From: Escherichia phage vB_EcoM-ZQ3
Length of the DNA stretch: 64,000 nucleotides
Sequence record: MW630116.1
Direction: 5' to 3' (one strand)
In this document: piece after piece, positions 1 through 9,833 of the stretch
Numbering within the stretch: position 1 is the first letter of the stretch
Layout: every line of letters begins with the position of its first letter
Notes under the pieces: model-generated
Told to the model about the DNA's origin: nothing
Databases searched by the model: none
What the model saw: the letters and a program-made list of their open reading frames with translations, nothing else
Position numbers and translations under genes: made by a program

Positions 1-1
1 A

Positions 2-643
2 ATTCCTTGGATGTGCGAAGAAAATACTGGTGAAATTCTTGAACATATCAAAACTTCATCTGCTTCTTTTTGTGTTGGGCACTGGGAACTGAATGGTTTT
101 TATTTCTATAAAGGAATGAAGTCTCATGGGCTTGAACCTGATTTCTTAAAGACCTATAAACAAGTCTGGTCTGGCCACTTCCACACAATCTCTGAAGCTG
201 CTAACGTCAAATATATTGGGACACCATGGACCCTTACTGCAGGTGATGAAAACGACCCGCGCGGATTCTGGGTATTTGACACCGATGTTGAACGTATGGA
301 ATTTATTCCTAATGAAACAACATGGCATCGACGAATCACTTATCCGTTTAAAGGCAAAATCAATTATTCTGATTATACTAATCTAGCCGTACGTGTTATA
401 GTATCAGAAATTGATTCAGAGTTGACTAAGTTTGAATCTGAACTTGAAAAAGTAGTTCACTCTCTTCGTATGGTTTCTAAAGTTGATAACAGTGTTGAAT
501 CTGATGACGACCAGGAAATCGAGATTAAATCACTTCAAGATATCATTAAAGAATATATTGACGCGATTCCAGATATCTCAGACGAAGACAGAGAAGCGCT
601 GGTCAAATATTCCAACGAACTTTATATTGAGGCAACACAATGA
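2..643 (+). CDS. 47: recombination endonuclease subunit gp47 (Mre11-like), C-terminal part; 5-prime end lies upstream of the window
   Basis: ORF open to window start; GHFH phosphoesterase motif; sits directly upstream of gene 46 as in T4. Confidence 0.85.
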   Translation: MPWMCEENTGEILEHIKTSSASFCVGHWELNGFYFYKGMKSHGLEPDFLKTYKQVWSGHFHTISEAANVKYIGTPWTLTAGDENDPRGFWVFDTDVERMEFIPNETTWHRRITYPFKGKINYSDYTNLAVRVIVSEIDSELTKFESELEKVVHSLRMVSKVDNSVESDDDQEIEIKSLQDIIKEYIDAIPDISDEDREALVKYSNELYIEATQ

Positions 644-897
644 CTTTAGATGAATTTAACAATGCTGGACTCAGGCTTGAAGTTGAAATGGACGTTAAAG
701 ATGATGATGGATTCGAGAACACTATCAAGTATTGGATTGAGCCATTACGCGTTGAAGGCAATGAAGTTAAAGCAGTTCATGTCTGCACCGACTGGGCTAT
801 TGAATTTAGCTTTAATATAATGGACAACGATACTCCTGGCTCTATTCTTAAAATGGCTGAAGCGTGTATTGAGGACGCGTATAATGACGAAAACTGA
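640..897 (+). CDS. hypothetical small early protein (46.x-like)
   Basis: 85-aa ORF; ATGA overlap with gene 47 stop. Confidence 0.55.
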   Translation: MTLDEFNNAGLRLEVEMDVKDDDGFENTIKYWIEPLRVEGNEVKAVHVCTDWAIEFSFNIMDNDTPGSILKMAEACIEDAYNDEN

Positions 898-1123
898 TTA
901 TGAAATCCATCGTCATGAATTTAGTATTGGTGACGGTTATATTGGTGTCGTTGAATGGACTGAGAATTACGAGGAATCAACTCCTCGTTTCTTTGGAACA
1001 ATGTATGTTACCTGTGAGTACGCACCAGGTGTTGTTATGTATGCAGAACTAGATGAATATTTTGCTGATAGAGATGACATGTTAAAATATGTAGAGGACT
1101 TCATTCGAAGAGAATACATATGA
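884..1123 (+). CDS. hypothetical small protein
   Basis: in-frame ATG at 884 within track ORF 869-1123; ends in ATGA overlap with gene 46. Confidence 0.5.
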   Translation: MTKTDYEIHRHEFSIGDGYIGVVEWTENYEESTPRFFGTMYVTCEYAPGVVMYAELDEYFADRDDMLKYVEDFIRREYI

Positions 1124-2808
1124 AATCATTTAAATTAAATCGTGTTCGTTATCAAAACATCATGTCGGTAGGTGGGAATCCTATTGACATCCAATTAGAT
1201 AAAGTCCAAAAGACATTAATCACTGGTAAAAATGGTGGTGGTAAATCTACGATGTTAGAAGCCATTACTTTCGGACTTTTCGGTAAACCATTTCGTGATG
1301 TTAAGAAAGGGCAAATCATTAATAGCACGAACAAGAAAGAGCTCTTAGTTGAGCTTTGGATGGAATTCGATGGTAAAAAATACTTCATTAAACGTGGCCA
1401 AAAGCCCAATATTTTCGAAATCTCCGTTGACGGTGTTCGTCTTGATGAATCTGCCAGCAGTCGTGACTTCCAAGAAGAATTTGAACGTAGCATCGGAATG
1501 TCATACGCGTCTTTTAAACAAATCGTTGTGCTTGGGACGGCAGGGTATACCCCTTTCATGGCTCTTAGCACCCCTGCTCGCAGAAAACTTGTCGAAGACC
1601 TTTTAGAAGTTGGCACACTCGCTGAAATGGATAAAATCAATAAGTCTCAAGTTCGAGAACTTAATTCACAGGGACAAGTTCTCGATGCCAAGAAAGATGG
1701 TGTTATCCAACAAATTAAGATTTATAACGAGAATATCGAACGTCAAAAGAAATTATCTGGTGATAATGTAGCGCGTCTACAGAATATGTATGACGACCTA
1801 GCCAAAGAAGCTCGTTCATTAAAAGCAGAAATCGAAGAAGCTAATGAGCGACTACTTAATATCGTTCTTGACGAAGACCCTACTGAGGCATTCAACAAGA
1901 TAGGACAAGAAGCATTCTTGATTAAATCTAAAATCGACTCGTATAACAAAGTTATTAAGATGTATCATGATGGTGGTACATGTCCTACTTGTGCATCGCA
2001 GTTGCACCAGGGTGATCCTATTGTCTCTAAGATTACCGATAAGCTTCATGAATGTAATCACTCATTCGAGCAACTTACATGTCACAGAGATAATCTGAGT
2101 GTCCTAGTGGACGAATATAGAGCTAATGTTAAGACTAAACAGGACCTTGCATCTGATATTCGTACCAAGAAACAAGCAATGATTGCCACTATTGATAAAG
2201 CTAAGAAAGTTAAAGCTGCAATAGAACAAGCCTCAGCTGAATTTATCGACCATGCTGATGAGATAGCTTTGCTTCAAAAAGAACTTGATAAAATCATTAA
2301 AACAAAATCTGATATCGTTCTTGAAAAATACCATCGTGGTATTATCACAGATATGTTAAAAGATTCTGGTATTAAAGGTGCTATCATTAAAAAATATGTG
2401 CCTCTGTTCAACAAGCAGATTAACCATTATCTTAAAATCATGGAAGCTGATTACGTGTTTTCTATTGACGAAGAATTCAATGAATCTATAAAATCACGTG
2501 GCCGTGAAGAGTTCAGTTATGCTTCATTTAGTCAAGGTGAAAAGGCACGTATCGATATCGCATTGTTGTTTACATGGCGAGATATTGCTGAAAAGGTCTC
2601 TGGTGTTAGAATCAATACATTAATTATGGACGAAGTCATGGATTCCGCGACTGATTCTGAAGGTATTAAAGCTATTTCAACAATTCTTAACTCTCTAACC
2701 GATGCAAACGTGTTTATAATTAGTCATAGAGACCATGACCCACAAGCTTATGGACAACATCTTCAAATGAGCAAAGTTGGACGATTTACGGTAATGACTG
2801 TTTCATAA
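1120..2808 (+). CDS. 46: recombination endonuclease ATPase subunit gp46 (Rad50/SbcC-like)
   Basis: 562 aa; Walker A GKNGGGKST, CPTC zinc hook, SQGE signature, LIMDEV Walker B; T4 gp46 size and position. Confidence 0.93.
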   Translation: MKSFKLNRVRYQNIMSVGGNPIDIQLDKVQKTLITGKNGGGKSTMLEAITFGLFGKPFRDVKKGQIINSTNKKELLVELWMEFDGKKYFIKRGQKPNIFEISVDGVRLDESASSRDFQEEFERSIGMSYASFKQIVVLGTAGYTPFMALSTPARRKLVEDLLEVGTLAEMDKINKSQVRELNSQGQVLDAKKDGVIQQIKIYNENIERQKKLSGDNVARLQNMYDDLAKEARSLKAEIEEANERLLNIVLDEDPTEAFNKIGQEAFLIKSKIDSYNKVIKMYHDGGTCPTCASQLHQGDPIVSKITDKLHECNHSFEQLTCHRDNLSVLVDEYRANVKTKQDLASDIRTKKQAMIATIDKAKKVKAAIEQASAEFIDHADEIALLQKELDKIIKTKSDIVLEKYHRGIITDMLKDSGIKGAIIKKYVPLFNKQINHYLKIMEADYVFSIDEEFNESIKSRGREEFSYASFSQGEKARIDIALLFTWRDIAEKVSGVRINTLIMDEVMDSATDSEGIKAISTILNSLTDANVFIISHRDHDPQAYGQHLQMSKVGRFTVMTVS

Positions 2809-2834
2809 ACGCTTTAACACGATGTGGTTATAAT
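2808..2834 (+). promoter_or_regulatory. putative MotA-dependent middle promoter; -10 TATAAT sits in the loop of a perfect 8-bp hairpin (2821-2843)
   Basis: Mot-box-like aacGCTTTA 2808-2816, 12-nt gap, TATAAT 2829-2834; inverted repeat gatgtggt/accacatc. Confidence 0.4.
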
Positions 2835-2850
2835 GACCACATCAAATTAA

Positions 2851-3051
2851 ATGGAGAACAACATGGAGTATTCAACTGGCCAACATCTTCTCGTTGTCCC
2901 TGAAATTAAAAAATATGTTTTGACCAATACGTTTTCAGGTGAAGAACATATTGTTACTGAACAAATGCTCAAATCTGCTTTTAAAGATGAGTATAATAAA
3001 ATAATGTCTAATCGCAATTCCGCATGGACAGTTACCGACTTCTACGAATAA
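2851..3051 (+). CDS. hypothetical small protein (alternative start 2863)
   Basis: 66-aa ORF between genes 46 and 45; RBS-like ggaga before the ATG at 2863. Confidence 0.5.
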   Translation: MENNMEYSTGQHLLVVPEIKKYVLTNTFSGEEHIVTEQMLKSAFKDEYNKIMSNRNSAWTVTDFYE

Positions 3052-3063
3052 GAGAGAAATAAT

Positions 3064-3480
3064 ATGTTTACTACTGCTAAAGGTTTCACTGCTGCTGATC
3101 TGAAAGTTACTTCTATCCGTACTGACGCTAACCCACATAACCATAATCGTGTTCGTAAAGCATGGGTCCTGCATTGTGATGACGTAAGTGCTAAAAAACT
3201 CCAATCTTTGCCACAAGAAACTCGTTTTATGATTTATGGTTTTATTGATAACGATGTATCTGATATGTGGATTCATCTGATGCGTAAGCACTATAAAGAT
3301 TCTATTGAAGCCGGCGGAAAAATCGTTCTTGATAAAGATGGTTCTGAGCGTCTGGAAGATTTCTACTGTGTTGATGCCGACGAACAGCTAATTGCAGCTG
3401 GCGAAATTGTTGCTTCTAAAATTCCAGAATATATTGAATCACTGCCTGAAGCTATTAAAAAGCAAATGGTTGCTGCATAA
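3064..3480 (+). CDS. hypothetical early protein at the position occupied by rpbA in T4
   Basis: 138-aa ORF with RBS agagag; highly-expressed-type codon usage; synteny only. Confidence 0.65.
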   Translation: MFTTAKGFTAADLKVTSIRTDANPHNHNRVRKAWVLHCDDVSAKKLQSLPQETRFMIYGFIDNDVSDMWIHLMRKHYKDSIEAGGKIVLDKDGSERLEDFYCVDADEQLIAAGEIVASKIPEYIESLPEAIKKQMVAA

Positions 3481-3522
3481 TAAATTTGTTATAAACTTTG
3501 AATTGTCTTGAAAGGAAATAAA

Positions 3523-4209
3523 ATGAAACTGTCTAAAGATACTATCGCTATTCTGAAAAACTTTGCCTCTATTAACTCCGGCATTCTGCTGAGTCAAGGT
3601 AAATTTATTATGACTCGTGCAGTTAATGGCACCACTTATGCGGAAGCAAATATCTCTGATGAAATTGATTTTGACGTAGCACTTTATGATTTGAATAGCT
3701 TCTTAAGCATTTTGAGTCTAGTGTCTGATGATGCCGAAATTTCAATGCACACCGATGGCAATATTAAAATTGCAGATACACGTTCCACGGTTTATTGGCC
3801 TGCCGCTGACAAGAGCACCATTGTTTTTCCTAATAAGCCAATTCAATTCCCAGTGGCTTCTGTGATTACTGAAATTAAAGCCGAAGACCTTCAACAATTG
3901 CTTCGAGTTTCACGTGGTCTTCAGATTGATACAATTGCTATTACAAATAAAGATGGTAAAATTGTTATCAATGGCTATAATAAAGTTGAAGATTCTGGAC
4001 TAACCCGTCCTAAGTATTCTTTGACTCTTACCGATTATGACGGTTCTAACAATTTTAACTTCGTAATCAATATGGCTAATATGAAAATCCAGCCAGGTAA
4101 CTATAAAGTAATGTTGTGGGGAGCTGGTGATAAAGTTGCAGCCAAGTTTGAAAGCCCTCAAGTAAGTTATGTTATTGCGATGGAAGCCGATTCTACTCAC
4201 GACTTCTAA
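3523..4209 (+). CDS. 45: sliding clamp gp45
   Basis: 228 aa from ATG 3523 (RBS aaaggaa); N-terminus MKLSKDT... matches recalled T4 gp45. Confidence 0.93.
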   Translation: MKLSKDTIAILKNFASINSGILLSQGKFIMTRAVNGTTYAEANISDEIDFDVALYDLNSFLSILSLVSDDAEISMHTDGNIKIADTRSTVYWPAADKSTIVFPNKPIQFPVASVITEIKAEDLQQLLRVSRGLQIDTIAITNKDGKIVINGYNKVEDSGLTRPKYSLTLTDYDGSNNFNFVINMANMKIQPGNYKVMLWGAGDKVAAKFESPQVSYVIAMEADSTHDF

Positions 4210-4212
4210 GTC

Positions 4213-4239
4213 AAAGCTTTACGTTTAATGTAGTACTAT
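4213..4239 (+). promoter_or_regulatory. putative MotA-dependent middle promoter upstream of gene 44, followed by a GGAGGA-gaaa-TCCTCC hairpin (4243-4258)
   Basis: aaaGCTTTA box, 12-nt gap, tactat -10. Confidence 0.4.
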
Positions 4240-4284
4240 TATGGAGGAGAAATCCTCCAGTTTAATGATAATGAGGAAAATTAC

Positions 4285-5247
4285 ATGATTACTATCAATT
4301 CCAAAGAACACATTCTAGAACAGAAATATCGTCCTTCTTCCATTGACGAATGTATTCTGCCTGCGTATGACCATGAAACATTCAAGTCTTTAGTATCTAA
4401 AGGAAAACTTCCTCATATTATTTTGCACTCTCCTTCTCCTGGCACAGGTAAAACAACAGTAGCAAAAGCATTATGTAATGATATCAATGCCGAAATGATG
4501 TTTGTCAACGGTTCTGATTGTAAGATTGATTTTGTGCGTGGTCCGTTAACCGCATTCGCTCGTTCAGTCTCAATGGAAGGCAAGCCTAAAGTTATTGTTA
4601 TTGATGAATTTGACCGTAGTGGCCTCGCCGAATCACAACGTCACCTTCGTACGTTTATGGAAGAATTCTCTAGTAACTGCTCTATTGTTATTACTGCTAA
4701 CAACATCGATGGAATTATTGAACCATTACGTAGTCGTTGTCGAGTTATCGAATTCGGACGTCCAACCGAAGAAGATAAAATCTCGATGATGAAGAAAATG
4801 ATTCATCGTATGGTTGAAATCTGTAAGAACGAAAATATCGAAATCGCTGATATGAAAGTTGTTGCAGCTCTTGTTAAAAAGAACTTCCCGGACTTTCGTC
4901 GCACAATCGGTCAATTAGACCAGTACTCGTCTAAAGGTGTTCTTGATGCGGGTATTTTGTCTATCGTAACTAATGACCGTGGCACAGTCTCTGATGTTAT
5001 CGAAGCAATGAAGAACAAAGATATCAAACAGCTTCGTGCATTAGCTCCAAAATATGCCGCAGATTATTCATGGTTCATCGATAAATTAGTTTCAGAATGT
5101 TATGACCAAGTTGCACCTGGTAAAAGTATTATTTCGCTTTATGAAATTGCAGGCGAAAACAATAAGTTTCATGGATTAGCAAGTAATATTGAATTACATG
5201 TTATGTATATGCTTCTTCAACTGACCTGCGAACTGACTTGGAAATAA
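4285..5247 (+). CDS. 44: clamp loader large subunit gp44 (AAA+)
   Basis: 320 aa; Walker A GTGKTT, Walker [12 protein letters not shown] motif. Confidence 0.95.
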   Translation: MITINSKEHILEQKYRPSSIDECILPAYDHETFKSLVSKGKLPHIILHSPSPGTGKTTVAKALCNDINAEMMFVNGSDCKIDFVRGPLTAFARSVSMEGKPKVIVIDEFDRSGLAESQRHLRTFMEEFSSNCSIVITANNIDGIIEPLRSRCRVIEFGRPTEEDKISMMKKMIHRMVEICKNENIEIADMKVVAALVKKNFPDFRRTIGQLDQYSSKGVLDAGILSIVTNDRGTVSDVIEAMKNKDIKQLRALAPKYAADYSWFIDKLVSECYDQVAPGKSIISLYEIAGENNKFHGLASNIELHVMYMLLQLTCELTWK

Positions 5248-5248
5248 T

Positions 5249-5812
5249 ATGAACTTATTCGATGATGACGTCCAGCTTAACGAGCACCAAATTGCATGGA
5301 AGTCTAATGACGCTGATGCGATTCAAAAATGTGCTGATATGTTTAAAGAAAAACCTGAGAATGAATTCTTTAAAATCATTAATGCTATTAATGAAAAGAA
5401 ATCTATGTCAATTGCTCAGGTTGACTACTCAAAATTTATGGTTGAGAACTCATTATCCCAGTTCCCAGAATGTATGCCAGCTGTTTACATGATGAACTTA
5501 GTCGGTTCTGAATTAAGTGATGAAGCGCACTTCAACTATATGATGGCGGCAATTCCGCGTGGTCGTCGATTCTCTAAATGGGCTAAACTAGTCGAAGACA
5601 CTTCAGAGTTACTAGTTATCAAACTGTTGATGAAACATTACACAATCAACATGAATGATGCTACCGAGTATAAGCGGCTCCTTGAAAAAAATAACAAGTT
5701 GCCAATAGTCCTTAAAGAACTGAAGGCCATGGTCACTGATGAGTTTCTCAAAGAAGTTACAAAAAATGTGAAAGAACAAAAACAATTTAAAAAATTAGCA
5801 TTGGAATGGTAA
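5249..5812 (+). CDS. 62: clamp loader small subunit gp62
   Basis: 187 aa, same size as T4 gp62, directly after gene 44. Confidence 0.88.
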   Translation: MNLFDDDVQLNEHQIAWKSNDADAIQKCADMFKEKPENEFFKIINAINEKKSMSIAQVDYSKFMVENSLSQFPECMPAVYMMNLVGSELSDEAHFNYMMAAIPRGRRFSKWAKLVEDTSELLVIKLLMKHYTINMNDATEYKRLLEKNNKLPIVLKELKAMVTDEFLKEVTKNVKEQKQFKKLALEW

Positions 5813-5814
5813 AA

Positions 5815-6183
5815 ATGATTGAAATTAAATTGAAGAACCCTGAAGATTTTCTAAAAGTCAAAGAGACTTTGACCCGTATGGGCATCGCTAATAACAAGGA
5901 TAAAGTCCTTTACCAGTCTTGTCATATCCTCCAAAAGCAAGGTAAGTACTATATCGTCCACTTTAAAGAAATGCTGCGTATGGACGGACGTCAGGTTGAT
6001 ATTGATGGTGAAGACTATCAGCGACGTGATTCGATTGCTCAGTTGCTTGAAGACTGGGGATTGATTGTTATTGAAGACTCTGCTCGTGAAGATCTGTTTG
6101 GCCTGACTAATAACTTCCGTGTTATCTCTTTTAAACAGAAAGATGACTGGACTTTGAAAGCAAAATATACAATTGGTAATTAA
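5815..6183 (+). CDS. regA: translational repressor RegA
   Basis: 122 aa from ATG 5815 (MIEIKLK...), matches recalled T4 RegA; TAA/ATG adjacency with gene 62. Confidence 0.88.
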   Translation: MIEIKLKNPEDFLKVKETLTRMGIANNKDKVLYQSCHILQKQGKYYIVHFKEMLRMDGRQVDIDGEDYQRRDSIAQLLEDWGLIVIEDSAREDLFGLTNNFRVISFKQKDDWTLKAKYTIGN

Positions 6184-6235
6184 AGCAATGGGACTTCGGT
6201 CCCATTTGGAGTATAATAAGTTCATCAACAAACAA

Positions 6236-6264
6236 AAGACAATAACTCGTCTAAAGGAAATTAA
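6236..6264 (+). promoter_or_regulatory. putative gp43 translational operator (small hairpin with AAUAACUC loop plus SD)
   Basis: gac-aataactc-gtc then aagga SD before the gene 43 ATG; resembles the recalled T4/RB69 gene 43 operator. Confidence 0.4.
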
Positions 6265-8976
6265 ATGAAAGAATTTTACTTAACGGTTGAACAGATTGGT
6301 GATTCAATTTTTGAACGTTACATCGATTCTAACGGCCGTGAACGTACTCGTGAAGTAGAATATAAACCATCACTGTTTGCTCATTGTCCAGAAAGTCAGG
6401 CTACGAAATATTTCGATATCTACGGTAAGCCGTGTACTCGTAAGTTGTTCGCCAATATGCGTGATGCCTCACAATGGATTAAACGCATGGAAGATATCGG
6501 ACTTGAAGCACTTGGCATGGACGATTTCAAATTGGCGTATTTGTCTGACACTTATAACTATGAAATCAAATACGACCATACAAAAATTCGTGTGGCTAAC
6601 TTCGACATCGAAGTAACATCTCCAGATGGGTTCCCTGAGCCGTCACAAGCAAAACATCCGATTGATGCTATCACCCATTATGACTCAATTGATGACAGGT
6701 TTTATGTATTTGACCTTTTGAATTCTCCATATGGTAATGTAGAAGAATGGTCTATTGAAATCGCTGCTAAGCTTCAAGAACAAGGCGGTGATGAAGTTCC
6801 ATCCGAAATTATCGACAAAATCATTTATATGCCGTTCGATAACGAAAAAGAATTGTTGATGGAATATCTCAACTTCTGGCAACAGAAAACTCCTGTCATT
6901 TTGACTGGATGGAACGTTGAGTCATTTGATATTCCATATGTGTATAACCGAATCAAGAATATTTTTGGCGAATCTACTGCGAAACGTTTATCACCACATC
7001 GCAAAACTCGTGTTAAAGTTATCGAAAACATGTATGGTTCTCGTGAAATCATTACATTGTTCGGTATCTCTGTTCTTGATTACATTGATCTTTACAAAAA
7101 ATTCTCTTTTACCAATCAACCGTCGTATTCTCTGGATTACATTTCAGAATTTGAATTGAACGTTGGTAAACTGAAATATGACGGCCCTATTTCTAAGCTT
7201 CGTGAAAGCAATCACCAACGATATATTTCTTATAACATTATCGACGTATATCGTGTATTGCAAATTGATGCTAAGCGTCAGTTCATCAACTTGAGTTTGG
7301 ACATGGGTTATTATGCTAAAATTCAGATTCAATCTGTGTTTAGCCCAATTAAAACATGGGATGCTATTATTTTTAATAGCCTTAAAGAGCAGAACAAGGT
7401 GATTCCACAAGGTCGTTCTCACCCGGTTCAACCTTATCCAGGCGCTTTTGTTAAGGAACCTATTCCAAATCGATACAAATATGTAATGAGTTTCGACCTT
7501 ACATCCCTGTATCCAAGTATTATTCGCCAAGTGAATATTAGCCCAGAAACAATAGCAGGAACGTTTAAAGTAGCTCCATTGCATGATTATATTAACGCTG
7601 TTGCTGAACGTCCTTCTGATGTGTACAGTTGTTCTCCTAACGGCATGATGTATTATAAAGACCGTGATGGTGTAGTTCCAACTGAAATCACTAAGGTCTT
7701 TAATCAACGTAAAGAACATAAAGGTTACATGCTTGCAGCTCAACGTAATGGTGAAATAATTAAAGAGGCATTGCATAATCCTAATCTTTCTGTTGACGAA
7801 CCATTAGATGTTGATTATCGTTTCGACTTCAGTGATGAGATTAAAGAAAAGATTAAAAAGTTGTCTGCTAAATCTCTTAATGAAATGTTGTTTAGAGCTC
7901 AACGTACTGAAGTTGCAGGTATGACTGCCCAAATTAACCGTAAATTGCTTATCAACTCACTTTATGGTGCACTTGGCAACGTTTGGTTCCGTTATTATGA
8001 TTTGCGTAATGCTACTGCAATCACAACATTTGGTCAAATGGCTTTACAGTGGATTGAACGTAAAGTTAATGAATATCTGAATGAAGTTTGTGGCACAGAA
8101 GGTGAAGCTTTCGTTCTTTATGGTGATACAGACTCTATTTACGTATCTGCTGATAAAATTATCGATAAGGTTGGTGAATCTAAATTCCGTGATACCAACC
8201 ATTGGGTAGACTTCTTAGATAAGTTTGCACGTGAACGTATGGAACCAGCTATTGATAGAGGTTTCCGTGAAATGTGTGAATACATGAACAATAAACAACA
8301 CTTAATGTTCATGGACCGAGAAGCTATCGCTGGGCCTCCACTCGGTTCTAAAGGTATTGGTGGATTCTGGACTGGTAAGAAACGTTATGCATTAAACGTG
8401 TGGGATATGGAAGGTACTCGTTACGCTGAGCCTAAACTCAAAATCATGGGTCTAGAGACTCAGAAATCTTCGACTCCTAAAGCAGTACAGAAAGCTCTTA
8501 AAGAATGTATTCGTCGTATGCTTCAAGAAGGTGAAGAATCATTACAAGAATATTTTAAAGAGTTTGAAAAAGAATTCCGTCAATTGAATTATATTAGCAT
8601 CGCGTCGGTATCTTCTGCGAATAACATTGCTAAATATGATGTAGGTGGATTCCCTGGTCCCAAATGCCCGTTCCATATTCGTGGAATTCTGACGTATAAC
8701 CGTGCTATCAAAGGTAATATCGATGCACCGCAAGTTGTAGAAGGTGAAAAAGTATATGTTCTGCCTTTACGTGAAGGAAACCCATTCGGTGATAAATGTA
8801 TCGCATGGCCTTCTGGTACTGAAATCACAGATTTAATTAAAGACGATGTACTTCACTGGATGGACTACACTGTTCTCCTTGAGAAGACATTTATTAAACC
8901 ACTTGAAGGATTCACATCAGCAGCGAAACTCGATTATGAGAAGAAAGCATCTCTGTTCGATATGTTCGATTTTTGA
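6265..8976 (+). CDS. 43: DNA polymerase gp43 (family B, with 3-prime to 5-prime exonuclease)
   Basis: 903 aa; exo motifs FDIE/YNIIDVY, pol motifs SLYPS, KILLNSLYG-like, YGDTDS; sequence matches my recollection of RB69 gp43. Confidence 0.97.
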   Translation: MKEFYLTVEQIGDSIFERYIDSNGRERTREVEYKPSLFAHCPESQATKYFDIYGKPCTRKLFANMRDASQWIKRMEDIGLEALGMDDFKLAYLSDTYNYEIKYDHTKIRVANFDIEVTSPDGFPEPSQAKHPIDAITHYDSIDDRFYVFDLLNSPYGNVEEWSIEIAAKLQEQGGDEVPSEIIDKIIYMPFDNEKELLMEYLNFWQQKTPVILTGWNVESFDIPYVYNRIKNIFGESTAKRLSPHRKTRVKVIENMYGSREIITLFGISVLDYIDLYKKFSFTNQPSYSLDYISEFELNVGKLKYDGPISKLRESNHQRYISYNIIDVYRVLQIDAKRQFINLSLDMGYYAKIQIQSVFSPIKTWDAIIFNSLKEQNKVIPQGRSHPVQPYPGAFVKEPIPNRYKYVMSFDLTSLYPSIIRQVNISPETIAGTFKVAPLHDYINAVAERPSDVYSCSPNGMMYYKDRDGVVPTEITKVFNQRKEHKGYMLAAQRNGEIIKEALHNPNLSVDEPLDVDYRFDFSDEIKEKIKKLSAKSLNEMLFRAQRTEVAGMTAQINRKLLINSLYGALGNVWFRYYDLRNATAITTFGQMALQWIERKVNEYLNEVCGTEGEAFVLYGDTDSIYVSADKIIDKVGESKFRDTNHWVDFLDKFARERMEPAIDRGFREMCEYMNNKQHLMFMDREAIAGPPLGSKGIGGFWTGKKRYALNVWDMEGTRYAEPKLKIMGLETQKSSTPKAVQKALKECIRRMLQEGEESLQEYFKEFEKEFRQLNYISIASVSSANNIAKYDVGGFPGPKCPFHIRGILTYNRAIKGNIDAPQVVEGEKVYVLPLREGNPFGDKCIAWPSGTEITDLIKDDVLHWMDYTVLLEKTFIKPLEGFTSAAKLDYEKKASLFDMFDF

Positions 8977-9016
8977 TATAATGTCATGGACGGTAAACTA
9001 ATTAAATGAGAGAAAT

Positions 9017-9652
9017 ATGAAAACTACTCCTATTACTATCGCTATTGACGCAATCATAAAACAAGCTTCTTCTTTGGCCGCTATGGCCAAAGTAATTAGT
9101 CAAAACCCTGCTCGTTATAATGCTATTCTAGAAACTCTTCGACGCCCAGGACTTAGTAATTATGAAAGCCGAGTAATTATTACAGGTGTTGGTAAGAATG
9201 CTAATATTGCAACTAAAGCTTCTGAGACATTTGCTTCACTCGGTATCCCGAGTATGTACTTGAACACTGGGCATTATTCTCACGGTGATGCAGGATTCAT
9301 TGCGCCTAATGATGTGTTGATTCATATTAGTCGTTCTGGTAAAACTGAAGAAATGATAGGCGTGGCTAAGCATCTTAAAATGATTCGTCCGAACGTCAAA
9401 CAGATTCTGTTGCATTGTAACCCGGACATTCCACAAGAATACGAAGCTCTTTTTGATTATACGTTCTGTACAGGCATCGCAGTAGAGGTTGATGAGAATT
9501 CTCTGGCTCCGACCATGTCCACTACATTGTTGTTAGCGCTTATCGATACGTTTGCTATCAACCTTTCGTCTGAACGTGGATTTACCTCTAATGACTTCCT
9601 TAAGTTCCACCCTGGCGGTGCACTAGGTGCCATGTTACGAGGCGAACAATGA
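9017..9652 (+). CDS. SIS-domain sugar-phosphate isomerase, KdsD/GutQ-like D-arabinose-5-phosphate isomerase (no CBS domains)
   Basis: VGKNANIATKASETFASLGIPS...HGD...ISRSGKT and LAPTMSTT...FHPGGALG closely parallel the KdsD SIS core, including conserved Lys and His. Confidence 0.8.
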   Translation: MKTTPITIAIDAIIKQASSLAAMAKVISQNPARYNAILETLRRPGLSNYESRVIITGVGKNANIATKASETFASLGIPSMYLNTGHYSHGDAGFIAPNDVLIHISRSGKTEEMIGVAKHLKMIRPNVKQILLHCNPDIPQEYEALFDYTFCTGIAVEVDENSLAPTMSTTLLLALIDTFAINLSSERGFTSNDFLKFHPGGALGAMLRGEQ

Positions 9653-9792
9653 AAGCAATAACAATAGGACTTTTACTATTGATGCTTGTCATGACTATCT
9701 ACTGGAGCTTAACGGCTCCAGTAATGATTCCGACTCTTATAATCGGATGGATTATGATTGGACTACAAGCAAAGTATGAATGCTTTAACTAG
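9649..9792 (+). CDS. possible 47-aa small membrane protein
   Basis: ATGA overlap with upstream stop; hydrophobic sequence; below the track size cutoff. Confidence 0.35.
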   Translation: MKAITIGLLLLMLVMTIYWSLTAPVMIPTLIIGWIMIGLQAKYECFN

Positions 9793-9833
9793 AATAGTGT
9801 ACAATACTCCTACTTACCAATGAGGACCACAAC

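Noticed and set aside
1152-1640. 162-aa ORF on the - strand (and many similar ones at 6825-7776, 33038-33328, 35788-36087, 36469-36726, 37075-37452, 47719-48048, 59029-59508, 56960-57236)
   Set aside because: Each lies entirely antisense within a well-supported large gene (46, 43, 39, rIIA, 37, 32, rnh) and has no RBS; these are chance ORFs
6189-6204. gggac-ttcg-gtccc hairpin after regA as a terminator
   Set aside because: No U-tract follows and gene 43 must be transcribed through it; more likely an RNA stability or processing element, not annotated as a terminator
9649-9792. Calling the 47-aa membrane ORF the true Imm homolog because it sits at the T4 imm position
   Set aside because: Too short and not similar to the Imm pattern; the 82-aa ORF at 19721-19969 fits better, though neither is verified
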